Shown piece after piece: positions 39,188-49,350 of a DNA stretch of 64,000 bases. The stretch spans positions 1,696,001 through 1,760,000 of the forward strand of contig OY969724.1 of NCBI GenBank assembly GCA_963702205.1, read 5' to 3'. Each line of letters opens with the position of its first letter. The first letter of the stretch is position 1. The notes under the pieces are model-generated. The model saw only the letters and a program-made list of their open reading frames with translations, searched no databases and was not told the origin of the DNA. The translations under genes and the position numbers were made by a program. This stretch comes from an uncultured candidate division Zixibacteria bacterium. Its GTDB lineage: Bacteria > Zixibacteria > MSB-5A5 > GN15 > PGXB01.

Positions 39188-39865
39188 ATGAACTCCGATG
39201 ACTTCATAAATGAGATGAACGCCTATTATGATTCTCGCGCCGAATGGCACGATGACTATATGAGCTATGAGTCCAACGCCAAAATGGAAGAACAACTGGA
39301 GCCGATAATCTCTTTAATCGAAAAATATATCGTAAATAAAGACGTGCTCGAAATCGCGTGCGGGACCGGCAACTGGACGCAGGTGCTGGCGCGTCGTGCA
39401 AAATCGGTGCTTGCGACCGATATCAATCAATCGGTCATCGATATTGCGCTCGGCAAAGAATATAAATCCACAAAACCGGAATTCGTAATTGCCGATGCGT
39501 ACACATTGGACAATATAGGTACAACTCATGATGTAACCTTCGCGGCCGATTTCTTTTCGCACATTCCAATTCCTAAAGTCGGGTTGTTCATAAGGTCTGC
39601 GGCGAATAGGCTGAGAAGTGGCGGCACAATTATTGTGCTGGATATGCTGCCACATGAAGGGTTGGAGATAGATAAACATCAATATGACGACGACGGCAAT
39701 TTTTATTGTCTGAGGACTTTGCCCAACGGAGAGCGGTTTCGCGTTATCAAAAATTTTCCCGACCAAGTGCAGCTTTCTGACTATTTTGCATGTTTAGGCG
39801 GAAATTTAAAATATTACCAGAACGATGCTCTCAAACGGTGGCTGGTGATTTTTACACTGAGCTGA
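39188..39865 (+). CDS. Class I SAM-dependent methyltransferase
   Basis: VLEIACGTG, ATDIN, ADAY and FFSHIP. Confidence 0.9.
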   Translation: MNSDDFINEMNAYYDSRAEWHDDYMSYESNAKMEEQLEPIISLIEKYIVNKDVLEIACGTGNWTQVLARRAKSVLATDINQSVIDIALGKEYKSTKPEFVIADAYTLDNIGTTHDVTFAADFFSHIPIPKVGLFIRSAANRLRSGGTIIVLDMLPHEGLEIDKHQYDDDGNFYCLRTLPNGERFRVIKNFPDQVQLSDYFACLGGNLKYYQNDALKRWLVIFTLS

Positions 39866-40101
39866 ATAGAATCCTGTATTTGCGACCGAAACGGTCTTGT
39901 TTGGCGTCAATTACTTTTCATTTCTCACTTGCTAATTTTCCAAATGCCATTATCTTTGCGGCTTTGATTTGTTGCCCGATGGCCGTATATTATCAAAATC
40001 CCCATTTCGGATAAAACCATGTCCGATTGGGAATTGCTCACGGATGACCCCGGGACGATGAAATTTTAATCTTCCCGATTCACTCCCTCAGGGAGGTTAG
40101 T

Positions 40102-41085
40102 ATGCCGAAATTATCCGGTGCCCGGCAGGCCAAAATCGCCGCCCGGACTATAAAAAATATGATTGTCGGACGGCCGATAACCGTCTCCTTCGAGATTACC
40201 TATAACTGCAACGCCAACTGCAAGCACTGCGACCTCGGTCATTATGTCAAAGAGCCGCGTATGGAACCGGCGGCGTTCGCCAAATGGCTCGAGGACTTAA
40301 AACCGGTCGTGGCCCAGATCTCCGGCGGTGAACCGCTTCTGCGCAAGGACCTGGTCGATATCGTCAAGGCTATGCGCGCCAAAGACCAGATTGCGGTCTT
40401 CGTCGTCACGACCAATGTTCAGCTTCTCAACGAAGAAAAATACCTTAAGCTGCGCGAAGCCGGAATTGACCAATGGTCGTTTTCGCTGGATTATCCCGAT
40501 GAACGTCACAATGAATTCCGGAGTCTCAAAAATAATTTCGAGCATATCAGGGATTTATGTCAGACAGTACGAAAGTACGATAACAACGATATTCTCCTGG
40601 CGTGTGTCGTCCAAAGCGATAATTTCCGCGACCTGCCAAATATAGCACAACTCGCCAAAGATTGGGGGGTCGGCTGCAATTTCAGCACGTACAATTCCCT
40701 GCGCACCGATAACACCGACTATTTGATTTCAAAACCCGAAGACCAGAAAGACCTCGAAAAAATAGTCGATCAACTGGTGCAGATGCAGCGTGAGGGATAC
40801 CCGATTATGACTTCCGAGTGGACCCTGCGGCAGATGATCGAATTTTTCAAGACGTCGCGTCAGCCTGACTGCAAAGCCGGGAGCCGGTTTATGATTGTCA
40901 ATCCGTGGGCCAAACTGACGCCGTGCGGGATGTTTCGCGAGCAGTTCGATTCGCAGAAGGAACTTAACGAAAAATTCGCGCAGCAGAATACCTGCGAGTT
41001 GTGTTTTACGGCGATACGAGCCAATTCCGAAAAGTCGCCGTTTAGGATGCTCTCCGACGCCCTGCGGGTGGTCCGCCAGAAATAG
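40102..41085 (+). CDS. Radical SAM protein with a SPASM/twitch-like C-terminus
   Basis: CNANCKHC, SGGEP, and C-terminal CKAG...PCG...CELC. Confidence 0.9.
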   Translation: MPKLSGARQAKIAARTIKNMIVGRPITVSFEITYNCNANCKHCDLGHYVKEPRMEPAAFAKWLEDLKPVVAQISGGEPLLRKDLVDIVKAMRAKDQIAVFVVTTNVQLLNEEKYLKLREAGIDQWSFSLDYPDERHNEFRSLKNNFEHIRDLCQTVRKYDNNDILLACVVQSDNFRDLPNIAQLAKDWGVGCNFSTYNSLRTDNTDYLISKPEDQKDLEKIVDQLVQMQREGYPIMTSEWTLRQMIEFFKTSRQPDCKAGSRFMIVNPWAKLTPCGMFREQFDSQKELNEKFAQQNTCELCFTAIRANSEKSPFRMLSDALRVVRQK

Positions 41086-41144
41086 CTGTTTTTTGTCATC
41101 TGCAGACGGGCTGCAAAATCTTATTTGCAAGCTTTCAGCTTAAT

Positions 41145-41882
41145 TTACTCTATCAAAAAACTGATATTGACGGTACAGACGATTTCTTTTTGGACCGAAG
41201 TGACGTCGCTGATGCCGTAATCGGACACTTCCTGTGAGTGCAACGGTCGAATCTGGAAAACTCCCACCCGCGCCGAAGTCGGAGCACCGACTTTTTTGCC
41301 GTTGGTCTCGGCCAGCTGTTTGGCTCGTAACACGGCGTTTTCGGTGGCGGCTCTGATCATCTCGATTTTCAGCGTGTCCAGACCGGTAAACAGGTAGCGA
41401 GGGTTATACGAATTTATCTCGACGCCCTTTTCCAGCAGGGATGAGGCTTCACGGGCCAGTTGCGTAACTTTGGACACGACGCCTAATTCCATTTTGATCC
41501 GCTGGGTTAGAGTCACCCCGGTTTCATTGCGGTCGCGGTCATAATTTTTGCGGACGTTGACACCAAAAAGCTCGTAATCACCTTCTTTGAATCCTCGGCT
41601 GCTCATGAAGGCGGTCACCTTTTCGACGTCTGATTTTATTTTGGCGTAGCCGGCCTCGACCGTAGGAGAGGTCGCCGAGATTTCGGCTTCCCAGATGGCG
41701 AGATTCGATTCAATTGGTTTTGACGCCGCACCGGTCACGGATATGGTATTGCCATAGGCTTTGACTTTTAATAGGGTAACCCGCCCGATAAAAGCGCAGA
41801 TTATAAGAGCCGCGCCGATAATGACGCCGAATATTATCAGGTTATTCCTGTTGCTCATTGAAGTTTGAGAATTATTGTCCAT
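41145..41882 (-). CDS. SIMPL (DUF541) domain protein
   Basis: N-terminal TM; ISVTG, LKIEMIRAATENA and GVFQI. Confidence 0.85.
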   Translation of the reverse strand: MDNNSQTSMSNRNNLIIFGVIIGAALIICAFIGRVTLLKVKAYGNTISVTGAASKPIESNLAIWEAEISATSPTVEAGYAKIKSDVEKVTAFMSSRGFKEGDYELFGVNVRKNYDRDRNETGVTLTQRIKMELGVVSKVTQLAREASSLLEKGVEINSYNPRYLFTGLDTLKIEMIRAATENAVLRAKQLAETNGKKVGAPTSARVGVFQIRPLHSQEVSDYGISDVTSVQKEIVCTVNISFLIE

Positions 41883-42048
41883 ACTTATACTCCGAACGTT
41901 AAAAATTCAATCGCTTATCAATTTACTGGCCGGCGATTTTTATACAACAATAATCAGATCGGGAACGCGAAAACATTTTTAATTCGCATAGACACGATGC
42001 GTTATGAGAGCTTAAAGCAATTAAAATCTGCACTAACGGACAATTAAC

Positions 42049-42190
42049 TTGACACAAACGGTATTGACGATTAAACTAATTGCGAAAAGTTTCACTTACA
42101 GCCGGTTGGACAAGAGGGAACGGAAACTTTTGAAGGATAAATTCAGACGAAGATGGCCGAAGTGTAATTGACAATTCGGTCATTTTTTTT
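42049..42190 (+). ncRNA. Candidate ~105-nt sRNA with its own promoter and terminator
   Basis: TTGACA-17-TAAACT (42049-42077), 5' hairpin AAAAGTTTC/GAAACTTTT, and terminator ATGGCCGAA...TTCGGTCAT+T7; both neighbouring genes are on the minus strand. Confidence 0.6.
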
Positions 42191-42196
42191 GCACTT

Positions 42197-43657
42197 TTAA
42201 AGAATAGACATGTGTTTTTCGAATGTCACGGCTCCCAGAACCGAATCGACAAAGAAATAGCTTTCCGGGTGAAACGGTGCATAAAACAGTTCGATGACTT
42301 CCGGGGCAAAGTGCCCGGTTTCCGTGACAAGGCTTTTCTTTCGCATCGTTTCTTCCCGGTCGATAGCGACTTCGGCAAAGGTTAATGCCTCTTCGAGACC
42401 GATTGTCACCGGGTGGAAATTATCGTCCTGTATTTCGATCGGTTCCGGATTTAGCCTGGGGAATGCCGCCGACATGCGTTTGGACAGCCTGAACACCGCC
42501 TCGAAATTCGGGGCGCGAAAGCCCGGAATAACCAGCCGGTCAGAATTATATATCCCGCCAAAAAGTCTTTGAAGGCGGCTGCTGTCGGCCGTCCTGATTT
42601 TAATAGCCCAGAATGGGAAGAACTTATCGTTGCGATTGGATTTGGGAGGAATCACGCCTTTAATGCTTTTATTAATCAAGGGGCTGTTGTCGAGGAAAGT
42701 CAACTCGTGGCAGTTGTGGCAGACGTATACATATGACTGCAGACCCGGCAGGTCGACACCACAATTCCCGCAGCGGTGCAAGTCCACGGTCAATTTCCCG
42801 AATTTCAACAGCGGCCCCTCACCAAAGTCCGGTTCCGAAAACGGCTCAACGTTCTCCTGTCGGCTTTCGATACGACCCGTGACACCATCGGCGATATACG
42901 TCTGATATGAACCCGAATGCGAACATTGAACCCGGCAGTACGGAAAATAGATGACCGAACCACGCGGGTAAAAAAGCCGCGTTTGGTTCTTTCCGAAATC
43001 GGCCGTATTCATGTTATCCCAGGAGTTCAGACCTTTGACAATTGCTTCCCGGACCTTCTCCCAGGGATTCATGACGGGGGCGCAGTCGAAGCCGTCCTCG
43101 ATATTTTCATTGGAATACGGCACCAGTCGCAGGTAGTCGGCCCGCACTCCCAGCGACACCGGGACGTCATCGAGTCCAACCCCCGCCCGGTACGTGTTGC
43201 TGAAGGGCGTCAGCGATATGTGGGTCATTTTGTCCTGGCGTGTGTTCGATTCCATGTTTGCGTGATAACCGCCAAAACCGGAAGGGTCATAACCGGTCGG
43301 TTCACCGATTGTTCTTTCCACGATTTCATTGCGGAGCTTGAGGAGAATGCCGTCGATTTTCCAGAACGGGTAATAAAACCAGGTATACCGGATATTGGAG
43401 CTGGTCAGCGGGAAATCGTGCTCCTTGAGATAGCGGTCGACTCCGAAACGAATTTCCCGCTCGTTTTTTCGGCTTTTGACCAGATACGCCGGTGGGACTT
43501 CGGGCATTTTGACCCGCAGAGCCGAGCCGCAATGATTACAGGTCAGGACGAAGAAATCCTGTTCCAGTTCCAGCGAACCTCCGCAGCCGGGGCAGGTCAC
43601 ACCGATAAAAAAGCCGGATTTGGCCGCCTTATTAGCGGCATGTTCACTGATTCGCAT
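42197..43657 (-). CDS. Hypothetical protein with two zinc-ribbon regions
   Basis: CPGC/CNHC and CGNC/CHNC pairs with repeated (Y/F)PFW motifs; operonic with the SPFH gene. Confidence 0.75.
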   Translation of the reverse strand: MRISEHAANKAAKSGFFIGVTCPGCGGSLELEQDFFVLTCNHCGSALRVKMPEVPPAYLVKSRKNEREIRFGVDRYLKEHDFPLTSSNIRYTWFYYPFWKIDGILLKLRNEIVERTIGEPTGYDPSGFGGYHANMESNTRQDKMTHISLTPFSNTYRAGVGLDDVPVSLGVRADYLRLVPYSNENIEDGFDCAPVMNPWEKVREAIVKGLNSWDNMNTADFGKNQTRLFYPRGSVIYFPYCRVQCSHSGSYQTYIADGVTGRIESRQENVEPFSEPDFGEGPLLKFGKLTVDLHRCGNCGVDLPGLQSYVYVCHNCHELTFLDNSPLINKSIKGVIPPKSNRNDKFFPFWAIKIRTADSSRLQRLFGGIYNSDRLVIPGFRAPNFEAVFRLSKRMSAAFPRLNPEPIEIQDDNFHPVTIGLEEALTFAEVAIDREETMRKKSLVTETGHFAPEVIELFYAPFHPESYFFVDSVLGAVTFEKHMSIL

Positions 43658-43669
43658 AAATCCGGCCGA

Positions 43670-44797
43670 TTAGCTTTCGCCTTCCTGGTCGATTTTCTGA
43701 CCGCATTCGCCACAGAATTTCGATCCGGGAATAATTTCCGCCGAGCAGTGTGGACAATAAGCCTTGGAGTCGAGCTTGTGGCCGCAGTGCAGGCAGTAAT
43801 TGGCCTCGGTCGGAAGTTCCGCGTTACACGAGGGGCATTTGTTCATGACGACCATGTTGTACCCGCAGCGATAGCAATATCGCGACTGCTCCGGCGTGTC
43901 GGCGTGACATTTGGGGCAGGTTACCGTCGCGACCGGTTCGCGGCGAAGATCGGTCTGTTCCGGTTTGAAGACGTTGTTCATGACACCGGGGAGCATCAGG
44001 CCGACTCCGGCCGCCATGCCCATACCGGCACCGGTTCCGGCCGGTCCGCCCGGCGTGCCCAGACCCTTGGCGATTTCGAATTTGAGGAATTTATCCAGGT
44101 CGCCCACCGCTTCCAGCCCGGAGCGTTGGTCGATCATTTTGGAAACTTCCTCGGGCGGCGTTATCGAAGAGATATAGAAGTCGATCAGTTCCAGACCATA
44201 TTTTTCGAATTCGCCATGCACGGTGTTCTTGAATTCACTGGCCAGTTCGGTATATATCGAGGGCAGATCCAGAATCGTGTCCAGTTTTTCACCGAGCATA
44301 TCATTCAAACGAGCAATGATAACGTCGCGCAGGTAGCTTTGTATGTCGGTGGTGTTGTAGCGGGACTGACGGCCAACGATAGAATTTAGAAAGAGAATGG
44401 GGTTGTCGATGCGCATCGTGAAAGCGCCGTGCCCGCGCAGGCGGATCAGGCCGAGTTTGCTGTCTTTGAAAGTCACCGGATGAGTCGTGCCCCATTTCAG
44501 ATCGGTGAAAGTTTTCAGGTTGCAGAAATAGACTTCGGCCCTGAAAGGCGAATTAAAGCCGAAGGGGAAAGCCAACAGGCGGGTCAGGATGGGAACGTTC
44601 ATGGAAGTCAGGGTATGGCGGCCGGTGGTGAAAGTATCTGCGGCGTGGCCGTCTTTGAAAAATATGGCGGTCTGGCTGTCGCGTACGATCAGTTGGGCAC
44701 CGAGTTTAAAATCGGCGGATCCTTCCTGAGGGATACGATGAATCATTTCTTCCCCGGACGGATCAATCCATTCGATTACCTCAATAAGCAGGGACAT
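43670..44797 (-). CDS. SPFH/band 7 domain protein (YdjI-like) with a C-terminal multiple zinc ribbon
   Basis: [26 protein letters not shown] and three CPxC...CxxCG units; start set at 44797 by a GAGGA SD. Confidence 0.88.
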   Translation of the reverse strand: MSLLIEVIEWIDPSGEEMIHRIPQEGSADFKLGAQLIVRDSQTAIFFKDGHAADTFTTGRHTLTSMNVPILTRLLAFPFGFNSPFRAEVYFCNLKTFTDLKWGTTHPVTFKDSKLGLIRLRGHGAFTMRIDNPILFLNSIVGRQSRYNTTDIQSYLRDVIIARLNDMLGEKLDTILDLPSIYTELASEFKNTVHGEFEKYGLELIDFYISSITPPEEVSKMIDQRSGLEAVGDLDKFLKFEIAKGLGTPGGPAGTGAGMGMAAGVGLMLPGVMNNVFKPEQTDLRREPVATVTCPKCHADTPEQSRYCYRCGYNMVVMNKCPSCNAELPTEANYCLHCGHKLDSKAYCPHCSAEIIPGSKFCGECGQKIDQEGES

Positions 44798-45393
44798 GTA
44801 ACTTTCCTCATACTTTCGATTTGATCTGTTTATAATATTAATCGACAAATGTGCCGAATGGCTTAGCCGGGACCCTGCCGCCGGTTCGCGGAGGTTTTTT
44901 TTGGGCCTTTTCTAAGCCCTTGCCAAATAATTGCTTGACCATATACGGCAGGGCCTTTATATTAATATAAGTAGTAGGGACAACGGGATATTAGGGCGCT
45001 AACCTCTCTACTTTTTCATACCGCTTTTACCTTTTCGGCCCTGAAGGGAATTTTGGATGCTGTCAAATTTGACCGCCTTGTTGGCGGGAAATTTGAAAAA
45101 TTTGCCTGGGGATGCCCGGATAAAGATATCTCCTGCAGCCATTGGCCTAAAATGCCATCTGTTTGTGAGTATTTTTCATAAATTTGTAGATATCGCATTA
45201 ATAAAATGGTGCGATTTCCCGATTTTAGGAAACAGAGGAAGTATAACTCGCGTAAATCAAAGGAGGGATGGATATAAGATCGCACTTGCCTAAGTGACTG
45301 CCATACCGCCGGAGATTTTCGGCCTGATGAGTCCTTACCTCTATATTTAAAAAGAATAAAGAAGCTAAACTACATAACAACATGGAGTAAACC

Positions 45394-47706
45394 ATGAGGA
45401 ACTTTAAAAAAGCAACGTTGATGGTGATTTTAGGCATCTTCGTTCTGAGCCTGTCTGCCGGAGCAACCACTTTTAAGTCCGAGCAGATTAAGGGACAGAA
45501 GATCGATGCGCCAAAAATCACGATTACCGTCAAATCTGAAACGCTTCCGGCCATGCCATCTCAGCAACCGCCTTCACGCGCCTTCGTCAAAGGGCCCCAG
45601 GGAGGTGGGGAAACCTTTGCCACCGCCACCGCCATACCCTCACTTCCTTATACAGACAACGGTTCCACTACCGGTATGAATGATGATTATGATCCGACTC
45701 TTTCGGGCTATTGTCCGATCGCGACCGCTGCTCCCGATGTCGTTTATTCTTATACCCCGGCGGCCGGCGAGCTGGTTACGATCACCACTTGTGGTTCATC
45801 TTATTGGACAAGGCTGTTGATTTATGAGAATGATGAATCAACCTTGCTGGCCTGCAATCAATATTATGACGCATGCGCCGACCCGATGCACGCCGGCGTT
45901 GCCGATATTTCCATGACCCCGCCAAATACATATTATATTGTCGTTGATGGTTTTTCCGGAACGCCGGGACCGTATGGCGATTATGATATTGAAGTCACTG
46001 CCCGCGAACCTGTCGATACCCTTCGTGTAGAGCCGTCTCTGGCCGATGCCGGTATGGGTAACTTATTCCTGGGTTATAGTTATCGCGAATACGACTCTTC
46101 GCTATTCTGGACGTCGTCAATGGACGATGGCATGAATTTCGACAGCCCGGTCTATTGGGCCCTTACCCCCGGTTTTCCGATGTATCCTTCGGTCAAATAT
46201 TGGGGCCTGGATACAACGTTCTATGGCACCTTCATGCAGCCGGGCCGGGATAATGGATCGGCCATTTGGCTGCTGGACGTCCCGAATTCCGTGGACAACG
46301 CTACCTGGACACTTTCCTCCTGGAATTTCGCCGGAGCTCCATTCGATTTCAAGCATATGAGAAGCGTTGAAATGGCCACGAATAATGGCCGTTTGCCCTG
46401 GGAATGGGGTTTCATGTCCATTACCGGAGATTTAACCTATAACACTACTTCCGAATACCCTGATATCGATTTTATCTTTTACCCAACCAGCGAAGACGGC
46501 TACGCCTCGATGAGTGCCTATGGTCAAATCGGCTGCAGCACTTCGGCCGCTGTCATAGATCCCGTTACTTTAAGAGCGTATGCTTCCTACGATTATTATG
46601 ATACCGACAACAGCCAATGGATATTATTGGTTCGTCAGGAATCCTCGGATGACTGGGACGATGCCCTCGGATGGAGCGGCATGTGGGGCTTCGGCGCCAA
46701 TGCCGGCGAAAATGTCATGTATCCGACGTCGGACGCCTATAATGGTCACCTGCTGGTGGCTATGGAACACTGGGCAACTGCATCACCCAACAACCATAAT
46801 GTCGTTTGTTTTACTTCCAATAGCGAAACCATGGCCGATGATATGAATCTTTCGACTGTTGCGAATACTACCGATGACGAAAGATTCCCGAGGGTGCGGC
46901 ATGTTGCTGATCAGACTTTTGTCGTTGTCTATTATTCGGGTGACTCACTTTATTACTCCGTTACCGAAGATGCCGGCTCGACCTGGGGTACTCCGGTTCT
47001 GGCCAGTGTCCCGGATGATAAATGTGTGGTTGTATACCGTGGTTTTGACCTGGGCGAATCTGATGGCAGCAATGTCAAGCTAATATACACCTATGAGGTA
47101 CCGGCTGCTAAATCATATGCCGGACCGACATATTTAAGAATTGTCGAATTGAATATTATAGAGATTCAGGATGCGGACGGCGACGGTTTTGCCGATGACG
47201 TCGACAACTGCCCGGCCGTGTATAATCCCGATCAAACCAACAGCGATGGCGACACTTACGGTGACGTTTGCGACAACTGCCCGTTCGTGACCAATGAAGA
47301 TCAGCTCGATACCGATGCTGACGGGGTCGGCGACGCCTGTGATAATTGTATTGATATGTCCAACCCGACTCAGGATGACGCCGATGCCGATGGCGTCGGT
47401 GACGTTTGCGATAACTGTGAAAACGTCTACAATCCGGGTCAGGAAGACGCCAACAGCAACGGCGTCGGTGATGCCTGCGACTGGGTTTGCGGTGATGCCT
47501 CCGGTGACGGAGCGGTTAACCTGCTCGATATCCTCTTCCTGATATGGTACAAGTATGATACTCCTCCGGGAGACGCCCCGGCCATTATGGAAGCGGCTGA
47601 TGTTAACAACGACCATGCCGTTAACCTGCTGGATATTTTGGTTCTGATTTCCTATAAATACGATTCTCCTCCGGGAGATGATCCGATTTGCCCTTCTACA
47701 TTTTAA
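45394..47706 (+). CDS. Secreted protein with thrombospondin type-3 repeats and a dockerin-like C-terminus
   Basis: Signal peptide; DNCP..N.DQ.D.D.DG.GD.CD repeats; twin NLLDI repeats. Confidence 0.85.
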   Translation: MRNFKKATLMVILGIFVLSLSAGATTFKSEQIKGQKIDAPKITITVKSETLPAMPSQQPPSRAFVKGPQGGGETFATATAIPSLPYTDNGSTTGMNDDYDPTLSGYCPIATAAPDVVYSYTPAAGELVTITTCGSSYWTRLLIYENDESTLLACNQYYDACADPMHAGVADISMTPPNTYYIVVDGFSGTPGPYGDYDIEVTAREPVDTLRVEPSLADAGMGNLFLGYSYREYDSSLFWTSSMDDGMNFDSPVYWALTPGFPMYPSVKYWGLDTTFYGTFMQPGRDNGSAIWLLDVPNSVDNATWTLSSWNFAGAPFDFKHMRSVEMATNNGRLPWEWGFMSITGDLTYNTTSEYPDIDFIFYPTSEDGYASMSAYGQIGCSTSAAVIDPVTLRAYASYDYYDTDNSQWILLVRQESSDDWDDALGWSGMWGFGANAGENVMYPTSDAYNGHLLVAMEHWATASPNNHNVVCFTSNSETMADDMNLSTVANTTDDERFPRVRHVADQTFVVVYYSGDSLYYSVTEDAGSTWGTPVLASVPDDKCVVVYRGFDLGESDGSNVKLIYTYEVPAAKSYAGPTYLRIVELNIIEIQDADGDGFADDVDNCPAVYNPDQTNSDGDTYGDVCDNCPFVTNEDQLDTDADGVGDACDNCIDMSNPTQDDADADGVGDVCDNCENVYNPGQEDANSNGVGDACDWVCGDASGDGAVNLLDILFLIWYKYDTPPGDAPAIMEAADVNNDHAVNLLDILVLISYKYDSPPGDDPICPSTF

Positions 47707-47724
47707 TCGAAATCTGACAATTTC

Positions 47725-47758
47725 AGGGCTTCGCAAACTCCGGAGCCCTTTTTCTTTT
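47725..47758 (+). terminator. Intrinsic terminator
   Basis: AGGGCTTCG/CGGAGCCCT stem followed by a T tract. Confidence 0.8.
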
Positions 47759-47895
47759 AGAGTCCGCGAAAGATTCTGTACAAAAGCGTATATCTTATTG
47801 TTATTTCAAAAGTTATATTGACAAAAATAAAAATTACGTTATTATGATTTTAAGAGGTATGCTGTTATTACAATGATTCTGCCCCGGGTGGATAA

Positions 47896-49278
47896 ATGAC
47901 CACATTTTTCTCGTATTTTTTTGTTTTTCTGTGTCTAATAATACCATTTACGCAAGCTACGGATGTCTTTACTCCTCAGGCGGAGTTGAAGGCAATTCAG
48001 GAGAAAATTGACCGGGAGGGTCTTAACTGGACCGCCGGGCTGAACCCGATTGTCGAAGAATTTACTCCCGAGGAAAGACAAAAAATACTCGGGCTGAAAC
48101 TGCCCGAAAACTGGCAGGAAATCTGGGAGGCGCATCTCGACCCGAATTTCGCGGCCAGGGCCGACCGTGACCTGCCCGCATATTTCAATTGGCAGGACAG
48201 CGCCGTACTGACCGGAGTGAGAAATCAGGGGGGCTGCGGCTCCTGTTGGGATTTTGCCGCGACCGCTTCTCTCGAATCCATTTACAGCATTTATCGCGGG
48301 AAGAAGCTCGATCTTTCCGAACAGTACGTCCTCTCGTGCGTGACGCAGGGAGTCGGCTGCGACGGCGGCTATATGGATCAGGCCTACAATAGCTTCCTTT
48401 ATCATGGGGCGATAGCCGAATCCTGCATGCCGTATCAGGCCAACGATATGATCCTCTGCTCCAACGGCCAGGACTGCCCGGCGCTCGTTACGATCACCGG
48501 CTGGATGGCCATCCCCAACAATCGGACAATGCTAAAGACGGCCGTCCTGATTGCACCGGTGGCACTGACATTTTTCGCTTTCCCGGATTTGTATTATTAT
48601 CACGACGGCTGCTATGTCAACAGCACGACTCCCGAAGTCAACCATGCCGTCCTGCTGGTCGGCTGGGATGACAACGCCTGTGGCGGCGAGGGAGCCTGGC
48701 GCTGCAAAAACAGCTGGGGCCAATGGTGGGGCGACGGCGGATATTTCTGGATTAAATATGACTGCCGTAATTTTGGCGGTTCGGCGGCACTGCTACAGAT
48801 CGATACACTGCTCGATATCGCCGCGAGTCGCAACCTGCCGCCCGCGAGTTTTTGCAATACTTATAATTTCCAGTTCGAAGGCGTCGGCGGCGCGGAACCA
48901 TACGTCTGGACTTTGATCGACGATAATTTTCCTCCGGGAATCAGCTTGAACGGCGAGGGACTTCTGTCGGGTGATTTCGCATCCGACGGAAATTACTCCT
49001 TCACCTTGCGCGTCGGAGACCAATCGTACCCTCCAAAGTATTACTTCGATGATTTTTCATTAAATGTCCGTTCGGTTTTGAACGGTGACGTCGATTGCAC
49101 GGGCGATTTGAATCTTCTGGACATTCTATTTTTAATAAACTTCGTTTATAACGAAGGACCCGATCCGGTCAATATGAAAAGCGGTGACTGCGATTGCTCT
49201 CAAACGTGCAACCTGTTGGACATACTGTACCTGATCGGTTACATTTACGACGACGGTCCGGCGCCGTGTCAGTACTAA
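47896..49278 (+). CDS. Papain-like (C1A) cysteine peptidase with an Ig-like domain and dockerin-like C-terminus
   Basis: [16 protein letters not shown] and KNSWG..WGDGGY. Confidence 0.92.
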   Translation: MTTFFSYFFVFLCLIIPFTQATDVFTPQAELKAIQEKIDREGLNWTAGLNPIVEEFTPEERQKILGLKLPENWQEIWEAHLDPNFAARADRDLPAYFNWQDSAVLTGVRNQGGCGSCWDFAATASLESIYSIYRGKKLDLSEQYVLSCVTQGVGCDGGYMDQAYNSFLYHGAIAESCMPYQANDMILCSNGQDCPALVTITGWMAIPNNRTMLKTAVLIAPVALTFFAFPDLYYYHDGCYVNSTTPEVNHAVLLVGWDDNACGGEGAWRCKNSWGQWWGDGGYFWIKYDCRNFGGSAALLQIDTLLDIAASRNLPPASFCNTYNFQFEGVGGAEPYVWTLIDDNFPPGISLNGEGLLSGDFASDGNYSFTLRVGDQSYPPKYYFDDFSLNVRSVLNGDVDCTGDLNLLDILFLINFVYNEGPDPVNMKSGDCDCSQTCNLLDILYLIGYIYDDGPAPCQY

Positions 49279-49350
49279 GGACCTCGTCATGCATAGTGAA
49301 GTACCATTCGTTTCGACAATAATAGGATTGATGTATAGAAAGAGGATGCG

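Noticed and set aside
42917..44389. 490-aa plus-strand ORF (likewise 16159..17412 and 18956..20437 on the minus strand)
   Set aside because: Antisense to well-supported genes with no recognisable motifs; a codon-bias shadow
44855..44902. Possible c-di-GMP-type riboswitch
   Set aside because: Only a vague 3' resemblance; the conserved P1/P2 elements are absent
45324..45334. Hammerhead ribozyme core CTGATGAG
   Set aside because: No stem II-CGAAA partner in a compatible position
47170..47480. DNA-level tandem repeats
   Set aside because: Explained by coding TSP3 repeats
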